Shown here: one piece after another, positions 1 through 9,349 of the stretch
Layout: each line of letters opens with the position of its first letter
How positions within the stretch are numbered: the first letter of the stretch is position 1
Assembly: GCA_045658385.1 (NCBI GenBank)
Contig: JAZOUW010000030.1
Location: forward strand, 7,509-71,508
DNA from: Faecousia sp.
Lineage (GTDB): Bacteria > Bacillota > Clostridia > Oscillospirales > Oscillospiraceae
DNA length: 64,000 nucleotides
Direction: 5' to 3'
Notes under the pieces: generated by a model
What the model was told of the DNA's origin: nothing
Seen by the model: only the letters and a program-made list of their open reading frames with translations
Databases searched by the model: none
Position numbers and translations under genes: made by a program

Positions 1-531
1 GTATTCTTTTTCTCTGTAGCGGCGTTTTCCACCCAGATCCCAGTCAAAATAACGAAACGTAATTTGCTTGTTGGTAACAATTGCCTCCTGAATGGTATCT
101 ACACTATAATAGATCGTTTCGTTCATGCTCTTTACCCGACCGGAAACCAGCATGTTTCGTTTCATCAGACCGGCATCGTGTTCGTTGCACAGGTCGCAAA
201 GCTTTTCGATCAGTTCCCGGGATTTCTTCTCTGTCAGATAGCGGCTTGAAAGGACTGCATCAATCAGCAGCTTCAGTTCCGGCAGTTCAAAATTTCTGCT
301 GCCGATGTAATAGCCGCCATTCTTGCCGGGAATGGATATAATATCAACGCCGTATTCCTGCAATGCGGCGATGTCGGAGTAGACAGTTTTTCTGTCGCAG
401 GAAATGTTATGCTCCCGGTCTAACATGGAAATGAGTTTGGATGCGTTGATGGGGTTGTCTTCGTAAGAATTGCGCTCCAAGTAATCCAATATGTAAAAAA
501 TCTTTAATTTTTGGTTGTCAGATTTTGGCAT
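1..531 (-). CDS. WYL-domain (YafY/PafB-like) wHTH transcriptional regulator, 3' end runs off window
   Basis: Not in the ORF track because no stop lies in the window. Manual translation from ATG 531: MPKSDNQKLKIFYILDYLERNS...CDRKTVYSDIAALQEYG...GYY...FELPELKLLIDAV...IYYSVDTIQEAI...KQITFRY. This is the typical clostridial HTH plus the start of the WYL domain. GGAG RBS upstream. Confidence 0.85.
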   Translation of the reverse strand, partial: MPKSDNQKLKIFYILDYLERNSYEDNPINASKLISMLDREHNISCDRKTVYSDIAALQEYGVDIISIPGKNGGYYIGSRNFELPELKLLIDAVLSSRYLTEKKSRELIEKLCDLCNEHDAGLMKRNMLVSGRVKSMNETIYYSVDTIQEAIVTNKQITFRYFDWDLGGKRRYREKEY

Positions 532-618
532 AAACCAGCCCTCCGTGCAGTTTGTTGATGGCTTTTATGGGGTCTGAACGTATTATATCATAAAATGTTT
601 GGCAATGGGAATGAAAAT

Positions 619-647
619 TTGATTTTTCTTGGGAAATATGTTATTCT
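619..647 (+). promoter_or_regulatory. sigma-A promoter candidate for nfo operon
   Basis: TTGATT-17bp-TATTCT with extended -10 TG. Confidence 0.45.
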
Positions 648-669
648 ATGAAACAAAGGAGTGATTGAC

Positions 670-1500
670 GTGCTTTATGTTGGATGTCATTTGTCTGCAA
701 GCGCAGGCAATCTGCAAATGGTGCGCGTTGCGGAGTCTATTGGCGCGAATACGTTCGCATTTTTCACCCGCAATCCCCGGGGTAGCCAGGCCAGAAAAGA
801 AGACCCTGAAGATTGCGCAAAGGCTGTGGAGGCGCTGAAGGCCGGTAATTTTGGCCCATTGGTTGCCCATGGCGCATATACAATGAATTTGTGTACGGCG
901 GATGCCGCCGCAAGAGAGTTTGCAGCCGGTGTTTTGTGCGATGATTTGCGTCGCATGGCGGCCTTGCCGGGCAACTATTATAACTTTCATCCGGGCAGTC
1001 ATGTGGGACAAGGCGCGGACACAGGAATTGCCCAAATTTGCGATGCGTTGAAAAAAGCCCTTGCGCCCGGTTATCCCGTCACAGTGCTGCTGGAAACCAT
1101 GGCCGGTAAGGGCAGCGAAATTGGCGGACGTTTTGAAGAACTGAAAGCCATTATGGATGGCGTGGGGGATGAAAGCATTGGCGTTTGTCTGGATACCTGC
1201 CATGTGCATGACGCGGGATATGATATTGTGAATGATTTAGACGGTGTGCTGGCGGAATTTGATCGGGTGATTGGTCTGCATAAATTGCGGGCTTTGCATG
1301 TGAATGATTCCAAGAATCCCTTTGAAAGTCATAAGGACCGGCACGAGATTTTGGGCGAGGGCAGCCTGGGCGTAAGCGCCTTTGCTAAAATCGTAAATCA
1401 TCCGGTGCTTTCCAGGCTGCCGATGATTTTGGAAACACCCAATGAGCTTTCCGGTTATGCTAAAGAAATTGCCATGCTGCGACAACTTGCCGGCGAATAA
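670..1500 (+). CDS. nfo: Endonuclease IV (AP endonuclease 2)
   Basis: GCHLS, FFTRNPRG, HGAYTMNL, NFHPGSH, LLETMAGKGSEIG, CLDTCH, HVNDSK, DRHE and ILETP zinc-ligand motifs. GTG 670 follows AAGGAG. Confidence 0.95.
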   Translation: MLYVGCHLSASAGNLQMVRVAESIGANTFAFFTRNPRGSQARKEDPEDCAKAVEALKAGNFGPLVAHGAYTMNLCTADAAAREFAAGVLCDDLRRMAALPGNYYNFHPGSHVGQGADTGIAQICDALKKALAPGYPVTVLLETMAGKGSEIGGRFEELKAIMDGVGDESIGVCLDTCHVHDAGYDIVNDLDGVLAEFDRVIGLHKLRALHVNDSKNPFESHKDRHEILGEGSLGVSAFAKIVNHPVLSRLPMILETPNELSGYAKEIAMLRQLAGE

Positions 1501-1534
1501 TTATTACAAATAAGAATGTAAGGGAGGTGGCAGT

Positions 1535-3256
1535 ATGAATGGCGTTCTTACAGAAATTATAAATGCATCGGATACCTATGGAAGGGTGTTTGTTGGATTG
1601 ATGCGGTGGGTTACCCCAGTGCTGGTGTTTATGTTGCTGCTTCGTTGCATAAAACCGCTGCTCACATTCCGCAGAGAACCGGAGATTTGGGCGTGGCTAT
1701 GTCTTTCCAATGAAAAGAAGCTTCCGGTTACCCATTGGGAAAATGTAATTGGAAGAAATAAAAACAGCGATATTGTGATAGAACTGCCTACAGTGTCCCG
1801 GAACCATGCTGTTCTGACCCGTTACGACGACGGCAGCTGGACGATTTCTGATATTGGCTCGAAGGATGGTGTTCTTGTCAATGGCAAGCGTGTTGGCATT
1901 CATGCGCTGAAGCCGGAGGACATAATTTCTATCGGCGGAATGGAAATGAAGCTGCAGCCGATTTCACAACGGCAAGAGCAGAAGCTTGCTCAACTGCGCA
2001 CAAAAGGCGCTTCGTTGTTTTCCAGTTTTTTGAACGTTTTTTTGCTCACTGTTTTCCAGATTCTTTGCGCAATGGCGTTTCTTTTGGGAAGCGGAACGGA
2101 AAATGCGTTATATATTGTTGCGGGCTTTGGCGGCATTATGGTCTGCCAATGGCTGCTGCTACTGTTTTATGTGTGTATTCGCAGAACTTCCTTTGAAGTG
2201 GAAACGATTGCTTTCTTTCTGTGTACCATGGGTATGGCGGTAATTGCCACCATAGACCCGACGGAGACGTTTAAGCAATTCATTGCCATGGTGTTGGGAA
2301 TTACTTTGTTCCTCACAGTTGGTTGGTCTGCCCGGGATCTGGAACGGGCAAAGAAGGTCCGTTATGTGGCGGCGTTTGCAGGCGTTGGATTTCTGGCGAT
2401 AACGCTCCTGTTTGGAACAACCTATTATGGCGCAAAGAACTGGCTTGTAGTCGGCAATTTGTCCCTGCAACCTTCTGAATTAACCAAGGTTTGCTTTGTT
2501 TACATTGGCGCATCTGCCATGGATAGAATTATGACAAAGCGAAATCTGATTTTGTTTATTGGATATTCTATCGTAATTTGCGGATGCCTTGCTCTGATGA
2601 ATGATTTTGGTACAGCCCTAATCTTCTTTTGCGCGTTTTTGGTAATTGCCTATATGCGCTCCGGTAGTGTGGGTACGATTGCGTTGGCGTTGACTGCGTT
2701 GGGGTTTGCCGGTGTTGTTGCGCTGCGTATTGCGCCTCATGCCCTTCAGAGATTTAGCTCCTGGCGGCACATTTGGGAAATGCCTTTAGAGGGCGGCTAT
2801 CAGCAGACTAGAGCATTGATGTGCATGGCTTCCGGTGGCTTCATGGGCCTTGGCGCGGGAAAGGGTTGGATGAAAAATCTTTTTGCCGCTGATTCCGACA
2901 TGGCAGTTGCAACCATTACCGAAGAGTGGGGCCTTTTTATGCTCATCATGCTCATCTTCTGCGTAATCGCCCTAGCAATATTTGCGGTGCGGTCAGCAGG
3001 GGTGGGTCGCAGTAGCTTTTATACCATTAGCGCGTGCACAGCGGCCAGTATTATGTTGGTGCAGGTTATTCTGAATGCCCTGGGAACAGTGGACATAGTG
3101 CCGCTGACAGGTGTTACATTTCCGTTTTTATCCAACGGCGGCTCCAGCATGATTTGCTCCTGGGGACTTTTGGCATTTGTTAAAGCGGCGGATACCAGAC
3201 AGAATGCCAGTTTCGCGGTACGTCTTGCGATGAAAGGAGACGTTGAGGATGAATAA
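1535..3256 (+). CDS. FHA domain-FtsW/RodA/SpoVE (SEDS) fusion protein
   Basis: FHA motif IGR...DIVI...VSRNHA...D.GS.DG..VNG followed by a multi-TM SEDS domain (GAKNW, SLQPSE.TK, DFGTA, GYQ, DSD, PLTGVTFPFLSNGGSS). Confidence 0.9.
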   Translation: MNGVLTEIINASDTYGRVFVGLMRWVTPVLVFMLLLRCIKPLLTFRREPEIWAWLCLSNEKKLPVTHWENVIGRNKNSDIVIELPTVSRNHAVLTRYDDGSWTISDIGSKDGVLVNGKRVGIHALKPEDIISIGGMEMKLQPISQRQEQKLAQLRTKGASLFSSFLNVFLLTVFQILCAMAFLLGSGTENALYIVAGFGGIMVCQWLLLLFYVCIRRTSFEVETIAFFLCTMGMAVIATIDPTETFKQFIAMVLGITLFLTVGWSARDLERAKKVRYVAAFAGVGFLAITLLFGTTYYGAKNWLVVGNLSLQPSELTKVCFVYIGASAMDRIMTKRNLILFIGYSIVICGCLALMNDFGTALIFFCAFLVIAYMRSGSVGTIALALTALGFAGVVALRIAPHALQRFSSWRHIWEMPLEGGYQQTRALMCMASGGFMGLGAGKGWMKNLFAADSDMAVATITEEWGLFMLIMLIFCVIALAIFAVRSAGVGRSSFYTISACTAASIMLVQVILNALGTVDIVPLTGVTFPFLSNGGSSMICSWGLLAFVKAADTRQNASFAVRLAMKGDVEDE

Positions 3257-4619
3257 AATTGCCAAACGCGCCGGCATTGCAATGCTGCTGGTTATATTTC
3301 TCCTCGCTGGCTTGACTTTCTTTCTCCTTGAATATGTTATTAAGGCCGGGGATTGGGTCATTTTTGCAGGATCACCCCATGTTTACACCGGGGGGAATAT
3401 CGGTTGCGGAACAGTTGTGGACCGGGATGATATCCTCTTGCTGGATATGAATGATGACCGTCAGTATTCTTCTTCGGAGGATGTGCGAAGCAGTACGGTT
3501 CACTGGTTGGGAGATCGGTATGGCAATATTAGTGCACCTGCGCTGAAAGAGTACGCATCAGAACTGGTGGGTTTTGATCTGCTTGGTGGGGTGTACGCCT
3601 ACGGGGAAGCCGGCGGTGTTGCACAGTTGACGCTGTCTGCATCTGTTCAGACGGCTGCATTGGAGGCAATGGGAGATTACAAGGGCACGGTTGGTGTTTA
3701 TAACTACAAAACCGGCCAGCTGCTTTGTGCAGTAACAACGCCTACTTACGACCCGGATAATGTTCCAAACATTGACAAGGATACAGTAGGAAAGTATAAT
3801 GGACTTTACGTTAATCGGTTTACCCAGTCCAGCTATATCCCCGGTTCTATTTTTAAAATTGCAACTTTAGCTGCGGCACTTGAAACAATTCCCGATATCC
3901 AGGATCAGACCTTTGATTGCCGGGGTAGCTATCAGGTTGGCGCAGGTAAAGTCACCTGTGAGGATGTGCATTGGAATCAAGATTTGAAAACAGCGTTTCG
4001 TAATTCCTGCAATGTTGCTTTTGCAAAAATTGCTGAACAACTGGAAGGGGATACGTTGCAAAGATATGTAGAACAATTTCAAATAACCGATAGCGTTCAA
4101 TTCGATGGCATTACCACAGCAAAGGGTAATTTTGATGTGACGGATGCTGACCCTGTAGATGTTGCCTGGGGCAGTATTGGACAGTATACGGACCAGGTCA
4201 ACCCCTGCGCGTTTCTTACCTTTATGGGAGCTGTTGCCAACGATGGAAAAGGTGTGCTGCCCTATCTGGTTGATAATGTTTCTGCTGATGGAATTAAAAC
4301 CTATTCCGCTAAAACGCGTGTCAATGAGAGAATTATGTCTGCTTCCACTGCAAAGGCCTTGCAGGAGTATCTTGCATTTAATGTTACGGATAAATATGGA
4401 AGTGAGAATTTTCCCGGCTTGACGGTCTGCGCAAAGACCGGCACCGGAGAGGTTGGCGGCGGTAAAAAACCAAACGCCATGATTGCAGGATTTGTGGCGG
4501 ATGAAGAATATCCTCTTGCGTTTATTATCACGGTTGAGGATGGCGGATACGGCAGCAGCGTTTGCGTGCCTATCCTTTCCCGGGTTCTTGCAGCCTGCAA
4601 AAATGTAATGGATAATTAG
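3249..4619 (+). CDS. Class B penicillin-binding transpeptidase (PbpA-like, short N-terminal pedestal)
   Basis: N-terminal TM; SxxK (GSIFK), SxN (SCN) and KTG(T) motifs; overlaps the SEDS stop codon. Confidence 0.9.
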   Translation: MNKIAKRAGIAMLLVIFLLAGLTFFLLEYVIKAGDWVIFAGSPHVYTGGNIGCGTVVDRDDILLLDMNDDRQYSSSEDVRSSTVHWLGDRYGNISAPALKEYASELVGFDLLGGVYAYGEAGGVAQLTLSASVQTAALEAMGDYKGTVGVYNYKTGQLLCAVTTPTYDPDNVPNIDKDTVGKYNGLYVNRFTQSSYIPGSIFKIATLAAALETIPDIQDQTFDCRGSYQVGAGKVTCEDVHWNQDLKTAFRNSCNVAFAKIAEQLEGDTLQRYVEQFQITDSVQFDGITTAKGNFDVTDADPVDVAWGSIGQYTDQVNPCAFLTFMGAVANDGKGVLPYLVDNVSADGIKTYSAKTRVNERIMSASTAKALQEYLAFNVTDKYGSENFPGLTVCAKTGTGEVGGGKKPNAMIAGFVADEEYPLAFIITVEDGGYGSSVCVPILSRVLAACKNVMDN

Positions 4620-4641
4620 ATTGTTGTAAATTTTCGAAAGA

Positions 4642-5721
4642 ATGAAAGGTGAATTTATGTTAAACACGATGGATATTTCTGCAACGCCTACGATTCACAT
4701 TCCGGCCCAATCCGTTGCGGTGGTTGGCCACGAGTGGAATCTGTATTTTGATAATGTTATCATTTGCGATAATATACAAAACTACGACATTCGTTGCGAT
4801 ATCAAGCCGAAACTAACACAGTGGGGCAATTTTGGCGAATTTTTACGCATTACTCCTACTGCTGCCGGTGTGCACACGGTAACGCTTTATGTTTATAATA
4901 AATTTTCTAATCAGCTCATTACAACCAAGTGTTTTACACTGAATGTAATTGAGGACAAGCCTCTGACAGATAAGAAGGTTATTTTCCTTGGGGACAGTTT
5001 GACCTACCTTGCTTGCTATCCTATAGAGATCGAGAAAAATCTGTCAAGAGGCGGGATACGGTCGTTGGGAACCCTTTCATCCACAACGACGCTGAACGGT
5101 AAGGAGTTTACCATCAATCACGAAGGCCGTCCCGGTTGGGCAACCTGCCATTACCTTTTAGAATGCGCTGATAACACAGTCAATCCTTTTTATAATCCCG
5201 CGACTGCCAAATTCGACTTTTCTTATTACATGAAAAATCAGAAATATGGCGATATTGATGCGGTTTCCATTTTTCTGGGAACAAATCGTATTTTTGACAC
5301 GGATCAGGCAGACAATATCAAAGTGATGATTGATAGTATCCACGAATATGACCCCGGTATTATTGTACTGGTCAATTTAACACCGATGCCTGCGTCTCAA
5401 TCCGGCTATGGTTATGGCCATTTCAACAGCGGTCTTCCTCATTTTGCAGATGCAGCTTACAATGTCAAGTATGCGACAATTGCGCTGGTAGATAGATATA
5501 TCGCTAGCTTTGACGGCGTTATGGATAATGTTTTTGTTTCTGAAGTTTATTTTAATCTGGATACAAAACGGGACTACAAAATAACAAAGATTCCTGCCTC
5601 TGCCCGCAACACAGAAATGGAGATTACGGTGAGCACTGACAATGTCCATCCAAGCGTGGCCGGACATTTAAAATTCGCCGATGTCATTTACAATAATCTT
5701 TTATATCACCTGACCAAATAA
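4642..5721 (+). CDS. SGNH/GDSL hydrolase family protein with N-terminal beta-rich domain
   Basis: Blocks FLGDSLT, HEGRPGW, FLGTN and DNVHP; no signal peptide seen. Confidence 0.8.
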   Translation: MKGEFMLNTMDISATPTIHIPAQSVAVVGHEWNLYFDNVIICDNIQNYDIRCDIKPKLTQWGNFGEFLRITPTAAGVHTVTLYVYNKFSNQLITTKCFTLNVIEDKPLTDKKVIFLGDSLTYLACYPIEIEKNLSRGGIRSLGTLSSTTTLNGKEFTINHEGRPGWATCHYLLECADNTVNPFYNPATAKFDFSYYMKNQKYGDIDAVSIFLGTNRIFDTDQADNIKVMIDSIHEYDPGIIVLVNLTPMPASQSGYGYGHFNSGLPHFADAAYNVKYATIALVDRYIASFDGVMDNVFVSEVYFNLDTKRDYKITKIPASARNTEMEITVSTDNVHPSVAGHLKFADVIYNNLLYHLTK

Positions 5722-5724
5722 CAA

Positions 5725-5785
5725 AAAAGTACCGTCCCTGCTGCTCAATCTGTGCTTGTTGAGAAGCATTTTGGACGGTACTTTT
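5725..5785 (+). terminator. Long hairpin / intrinsic terminator
   Basis: AAAAGTACCGTCC...GGACGGTACTTTT arms enclosing a second imperfect stem (TGCTGCTCAA...TTGAGAAGCA). Confidence 0.65.
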
Positions 5786-5919
5786 GATATAAAAGGTACG
5801 CTGATTGGATTTTCCGAACAGTTTGTTGTGCTTTTGCACGAAAATCAATCACTGAATCAATTCTTTTTGTTAATTCCATAGAAAACAATCGCTTTTTTAA
5901 GAAAAATGTATTTTTGCGG

Positions 5920-5948
5920 TTGACAAATGTTCGTCACGCAGATACAAT
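5920..5948 (+). promoter_or_regulatory. sigma-A promoter of liv operon
   Basis: TTGACA-17bp-TACAAT. Confidence 0.75.
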
Positions 5949-6046
5949 ATGGTAAACTGATTCATGATTATTTGGGACGAATGTTTCCAAATGAACGCAT
6001 CCGCCGTAAGATAATTCATGGTCAAAAATGAAAGGATGATTTTGTT

Positions 6047-7210
6047 ATGAAAAAGTTATTCGCTTTAACAATGGCTGTTCTGATGGTCGTGGCAATGCTT
6101 GCCGGCTGTGGCGGTCAGAAAAACTATGCTGAAAACAACACCGAGTTTGTCATTGGCATGTCCGGCCCGCTGACCGGTGGCGCTGCTATTTACGGTACGG
6201 CTGTCGCCAACTCCGCCCAGATGGCTGTTGACGAGATTAACGCTGCCGGCGGTTTGAATGGCGTAAAGTTTAAGCTGGTTGCTATGGATGACAAACACGA
6301 TCCTACGTTGGTTTCCGGCAACTACTCTGCTCTGCTGGAGCAAGGCATGCAGCTGTCTTTGGGCACGGTTACCACTGCACCCGGCTTGGAGTTTAAGAAC
6401 CTGTCAAAAGATGACAATGTATCCTTCCTGACTCCCTCTGCATCCGGCGATAAGATTCCTGAATTTGACAACGGCTACCAGATGTGTTTTGCTGATGGCA
6501 ACCAGGGCGCTGTTGCTGCTGACTTCGTTAACCAGAACTTTGCCGGTCAGACCATTGGCGCTTTCTACAAGTCTGACGAAGACTACTCCAAGGGTATCTT
6601 CCAGCAATTTAAGAAGAATCTGGATGCATCCGTTACTGTTGTTGAGACTTCCTTCACCGATGCCGGCGCTACCGACTTCAGCACCCAGATCGACACCTTG
6701 AAGGACTGCAAGTTTATCTTTATGCCCACTTATTACCAGCCTGCATCTCTGTTTATGACCCAGGCCAAGGATGTCCTGAGCGAAGATGCTGTTTACTACG
6801 GCTGTGACGGATTTGACGGCATTGACGGTCAGGAAGGCTTCGATATTACTACGATTCCTCAAGAAATTACCATGCTGTCTCACTTTAACTCCAAGGCTAC
6901 AGAAGGTAAGGCAAAGGAATATATCGATAAGTATGTCGAAAAATTTGGCGCAGATACTCTGAACCAGTTCGGCGCTTCTGCCTACGACTGCGTTTACGCT
7001 TTGCTGGGCGCTATGGAAAAGGCCATTTCTGAAGGCAAGAAAATTCCTGTTACAATCAGCGCATCTGATCTGTGCGAGATTCTGAAGGCACAGTTCTCCG
7101 GCGGCTATACTGTCACTGATGCCGTTACCGGCGCGGAAATCAAGTGGGAAGCATCCGGTTACGTTAACAAAACTGCTATCCAGTACGTCATTAAAGAAGC
7201 TGGTGCGTAA
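6047..7210 (+). CDS. livK: Branched-chain amino acid ABC transporter substrate-binding lipoprotein
   Basis: Lipobox LAGC; IGMSGPLTGGAAIYG, AVDEINAAGG and AYD motifs. Confidence 0.9.
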   Translation: MKKLFALTMAVLMVVAMLAGCGGQKNYAENNTEFVIGMSGPLTGGAAIYGTAVANSAQMAVDEINAAGGLNGVKFKLVAMDDKHDPTLVSGNYSALLEQGMQLSLGTVTTAPGLEFKNLSKDDNVSFLTPSASGDKIPEFDNGYQMCFADGNQGAVAADFVNQNFAGQTIGAFYKSDEDYSKGIFQQFKKNLDASVTVVETSFTDAGATDFSTQIDTLKDCKFIFMPTYYQPASLFMTQAKDVLSEDAVYYGCDGFDGIDGQEGFDITTIPQEITMLSHFNSKATEGKAKEYIDKYVEKFGADTLNQFGASAYDCVYALLGAMEKAISEGKKIPVTISASDLCEILKAQFSGGYTVTDAVTGAEIKWEASGYVNKTAIQYVIKEAGA

Positions 7211-7230
7211 TATCTTTGCGAATAAACAAA

Positions 7231-7268
7231 ACCTGTACATACTGACCTCCGGGTCGGTATGTACAGGT
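7231..7268 (+). terminator. Intra-operon stem-loop after SBP gene (partial terminator/mRNA stabiliser)
   Basis: ACCTGTACATAC-TGACC...GGTCG-GTATGTACAGGT inverted repeat. Confidence 0.6.
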
Positions 7269-7352
7269 ATTTGCGGTCTAATGGGGATTTGTTCCAATCG
7301 CCGCATGACTGCTTTTTAGCATACAAAATCTAGAGTATAAGTTGGGAAAACT

Positions 7353-8225
7353 ATGGAAGTAATTTTTTCTACACTGATAAATGGCTTGAGCCTGGGCGGT
7401 ATTTATGCGATGATCGCATTGGGCTACACCATGGTCTACGGTATTGCAAAAATGCTGAACTTTGCCCATGGCGATGTCATTATGATCGGTAGCTATTTGA
7501 TATTTGTGTTTATGGCAACAAACAACCCGCTTTTAGCAATCGCGCTTTCTGTTTTAGGTTGTATGCTGCTGGGCGTCACCATAGAAAAGGTAGCGTATAA
7601 ACCGCTGCGTGGCGCATCTCCTTTGGCTGTTTTGATTACAGCAATCGGTGTCAGCTATCTGCTGCAAAGTCTGGCGCAGATCATTTTTGGTTCTGCAACA
7701 AAGATGGTGACTGTGTACGAATTTGGTGCTATTAAGCTTTTGGGCGCTACAATTCAGGTTTCTGCATTGGTAACATTGGCGGTAACTGTTGTGGTTATGG
7801 TTGTTCTGACCTTATTTGTCAAATATACCCGTTTGGGCAGAGCAATGATCGCGGTTTCCGAAGATAAGAGCGCTGCACAGCTGATGGGTATCAATGTGAA
7901 TGCGATTATTACCGTAACTTTCGCCATCGGTTCCGCGCTGGCGGCATTGGCGGGCCTTTTCTATTTGCTGAAAGCCCCGGCTGTTTCCAACACCATGGGC
8001 GCTATGCCTGGTATCAAGGCGTTTACTGCTGCGGTCATCGGCGGTATCGGATCCATTCCCGGCGCTATGCTTGGTGGTATTCTTCTGGGTGTTGTAGAAA
8101 GCGTTTCTTATAAGATCACGGCTATCGCACCCTATACCGATGCGATTGAATTTTCTATTCTGATCATCATTTTGCTGGTCAGACCTACCGGTTTCCTTGG
8201 TAAGAAACGGAGGGAGAAAGTATGA
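7353..8225 (+). CDS. livH: BCAA ABC transporter permease
   Basis: NGLSLGGIYAMIALGYTMVYG..MLNFAHG; KAFTAAVIGGIGSIPGA. Confidence 0.93.
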   Translation: MEVIFSTLINGLSLGGIYAMIALGYTMVYGIAKMLNFAHGDVIMIGSYLIFVFMATNNPLLAIALSVLGCMLLGVTIEKVAYKPLRGASPLAVLITAIGVSYLLQSLAQIIFGSATKMVTVYEFGAIKLLGATIQVSALVTLAVTVVVMVVLTLFVKYTRLGRAMIAVSEDKSAAQLMGINVNAIITVTFAIGSALAALAGLFYLLKAPAVSNTMGAMPGIKAFTAAVIGGIGSIPGAMLGGILLGVVESVSYKITAIAPYTDAIEFSILIIILLVRPTGFLGKKRREKV

Positions 8226-9349
8226 GATTGGGAAAAATCAAGGTCAGCCACTACATGAATTATGTTGTAATCGGATTGCTCACACTGGTGCTTGGTGTCA
8301 TGGCACTTGCGGGCAGCCGGTTTGACAACTCTCTGCTGTTTCTTTTGGAAAAAATGGCGATTAGCATTATTCTTGCGGTATCGCTTTCTTTGGTAGTTGG
8401 CTTTTTGGGCGAGCTTTCCTTGGGCCATGCAGGATTTATGTGCGTTGGCGCATATTTGGGTGGTAAGGTCGCAAGTTTGCTGGAACCTGCCATGGGTAAC
8501 GGTATTGCTGTGTTTTTGATTGCATTAGCTGTTGGCGCTGCGGTTGCTGCGGTTTGCGGCATTATTATCGGTATTCCCGCATTGCGACTCCGGGGTGATT
8601 ATTTGGCAATTGTAACATTGGCATTCGGTGAGATCGTAAAAACATTGTTCCAGAACACCTCTGACGAGAGCTTTGGCGGCACCCTCGGTTTGGATACTCC
8701 GCGATTCGATAAGAATTATCTGTTTATTATTGCCTTTGTCCTTGTACTCATCACATTGGCGTTGGTTCAGAACTTTATTCGCTCCAAGCATGGCAGAGCT
8801 GTTACTGCAATTCGTGACAATGAAATTGCTGCCAAGGCGACCGGTGTAAATGTGACCAAGTATAAGCTGATTGCGTTTATTATGTCTGCTGCTTTGGCAG
8901 GTGTTGCCGGTGTATTGTATAGCTATAGCAACTATACTGTGCAAAGCGCCAAGTTCAGCTATAACTATTCTATCGAAATCCTTGTTATGGTGGTTTTGGG
9001 CGGCATGGGAAGTGTCAATGGCGCAATCATTGCAGCAGCGCTTATTACATGGCTCAACACATGGCTGCCGACACAGTTGACCGGCGAAATGGCTGTTCTG
9101 CAGAATTTGCTGTATGCGCTGGTGCTGATTGTAATTGTTATATATAACAATGCGCCCGGCCTTGCTATGATTCGAGAAAAGTATAATTTTAGCGCAGCCC
9201 TGCGCAAGATGATGAAGCATTTGAATGATCCGGCCCATATCCATGACGATAAAGCGAAATGGGATGTCGTACCCACCAAGATCAGCATGGATGAGGTTTT
9301 GTCTGTAGATATGACTCCACAGAATGACAAAACGGGGAGGGCTGACTGA
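8222..9349 (+). CDS. livM: BCAA ABC transporter permease
   Basis: GELSLGHAGF, LRLRGDYLAIVTLAFGEI, GRAVTAIRDNEIAA. Confidence 0.93.
   Translation: MRLGKIKVSHYMNYVVIGLLTLVLGVMALAGSRFDNSLLFLLEKMAISIILAVSLSLVVGFLGELSLGHAGFMCVGAYLGGKVASLLEPAMGNGIAVFLIALAVGAAVAAVCGIIIGIPALRLRGDYLAIVTLAFGEIVKTLFQNTSDESFGGTLGLDTPRFDKNYLFIIAFVLVLITLALVQNFIRSKHGRAVTAIRDNEIAAKATGVNVTKYKLIAFIMSAALAGVAGVLYSYSNYTVQSAKFSYNYSIEILVMVVLGGMGSVNGAIIAAALITWLNTWLPTQLTGEMAVLQNLLYALVLIVIVIYNNAPGLAMIREKYNFSAALRKMMKHLNDPAHIHDDKAKWDVVPTKISMDEVLSVDMTPQNDKTGRAD

Noticed and set aside
5808-5822. CodY-like box upstream of livK (GATTTTCCGAACAGT)
   Set aside because: Four mismatches to AATTTTCWGAAAATT in AT-rich DNA; biologically plausible but not supportable from sequence alone
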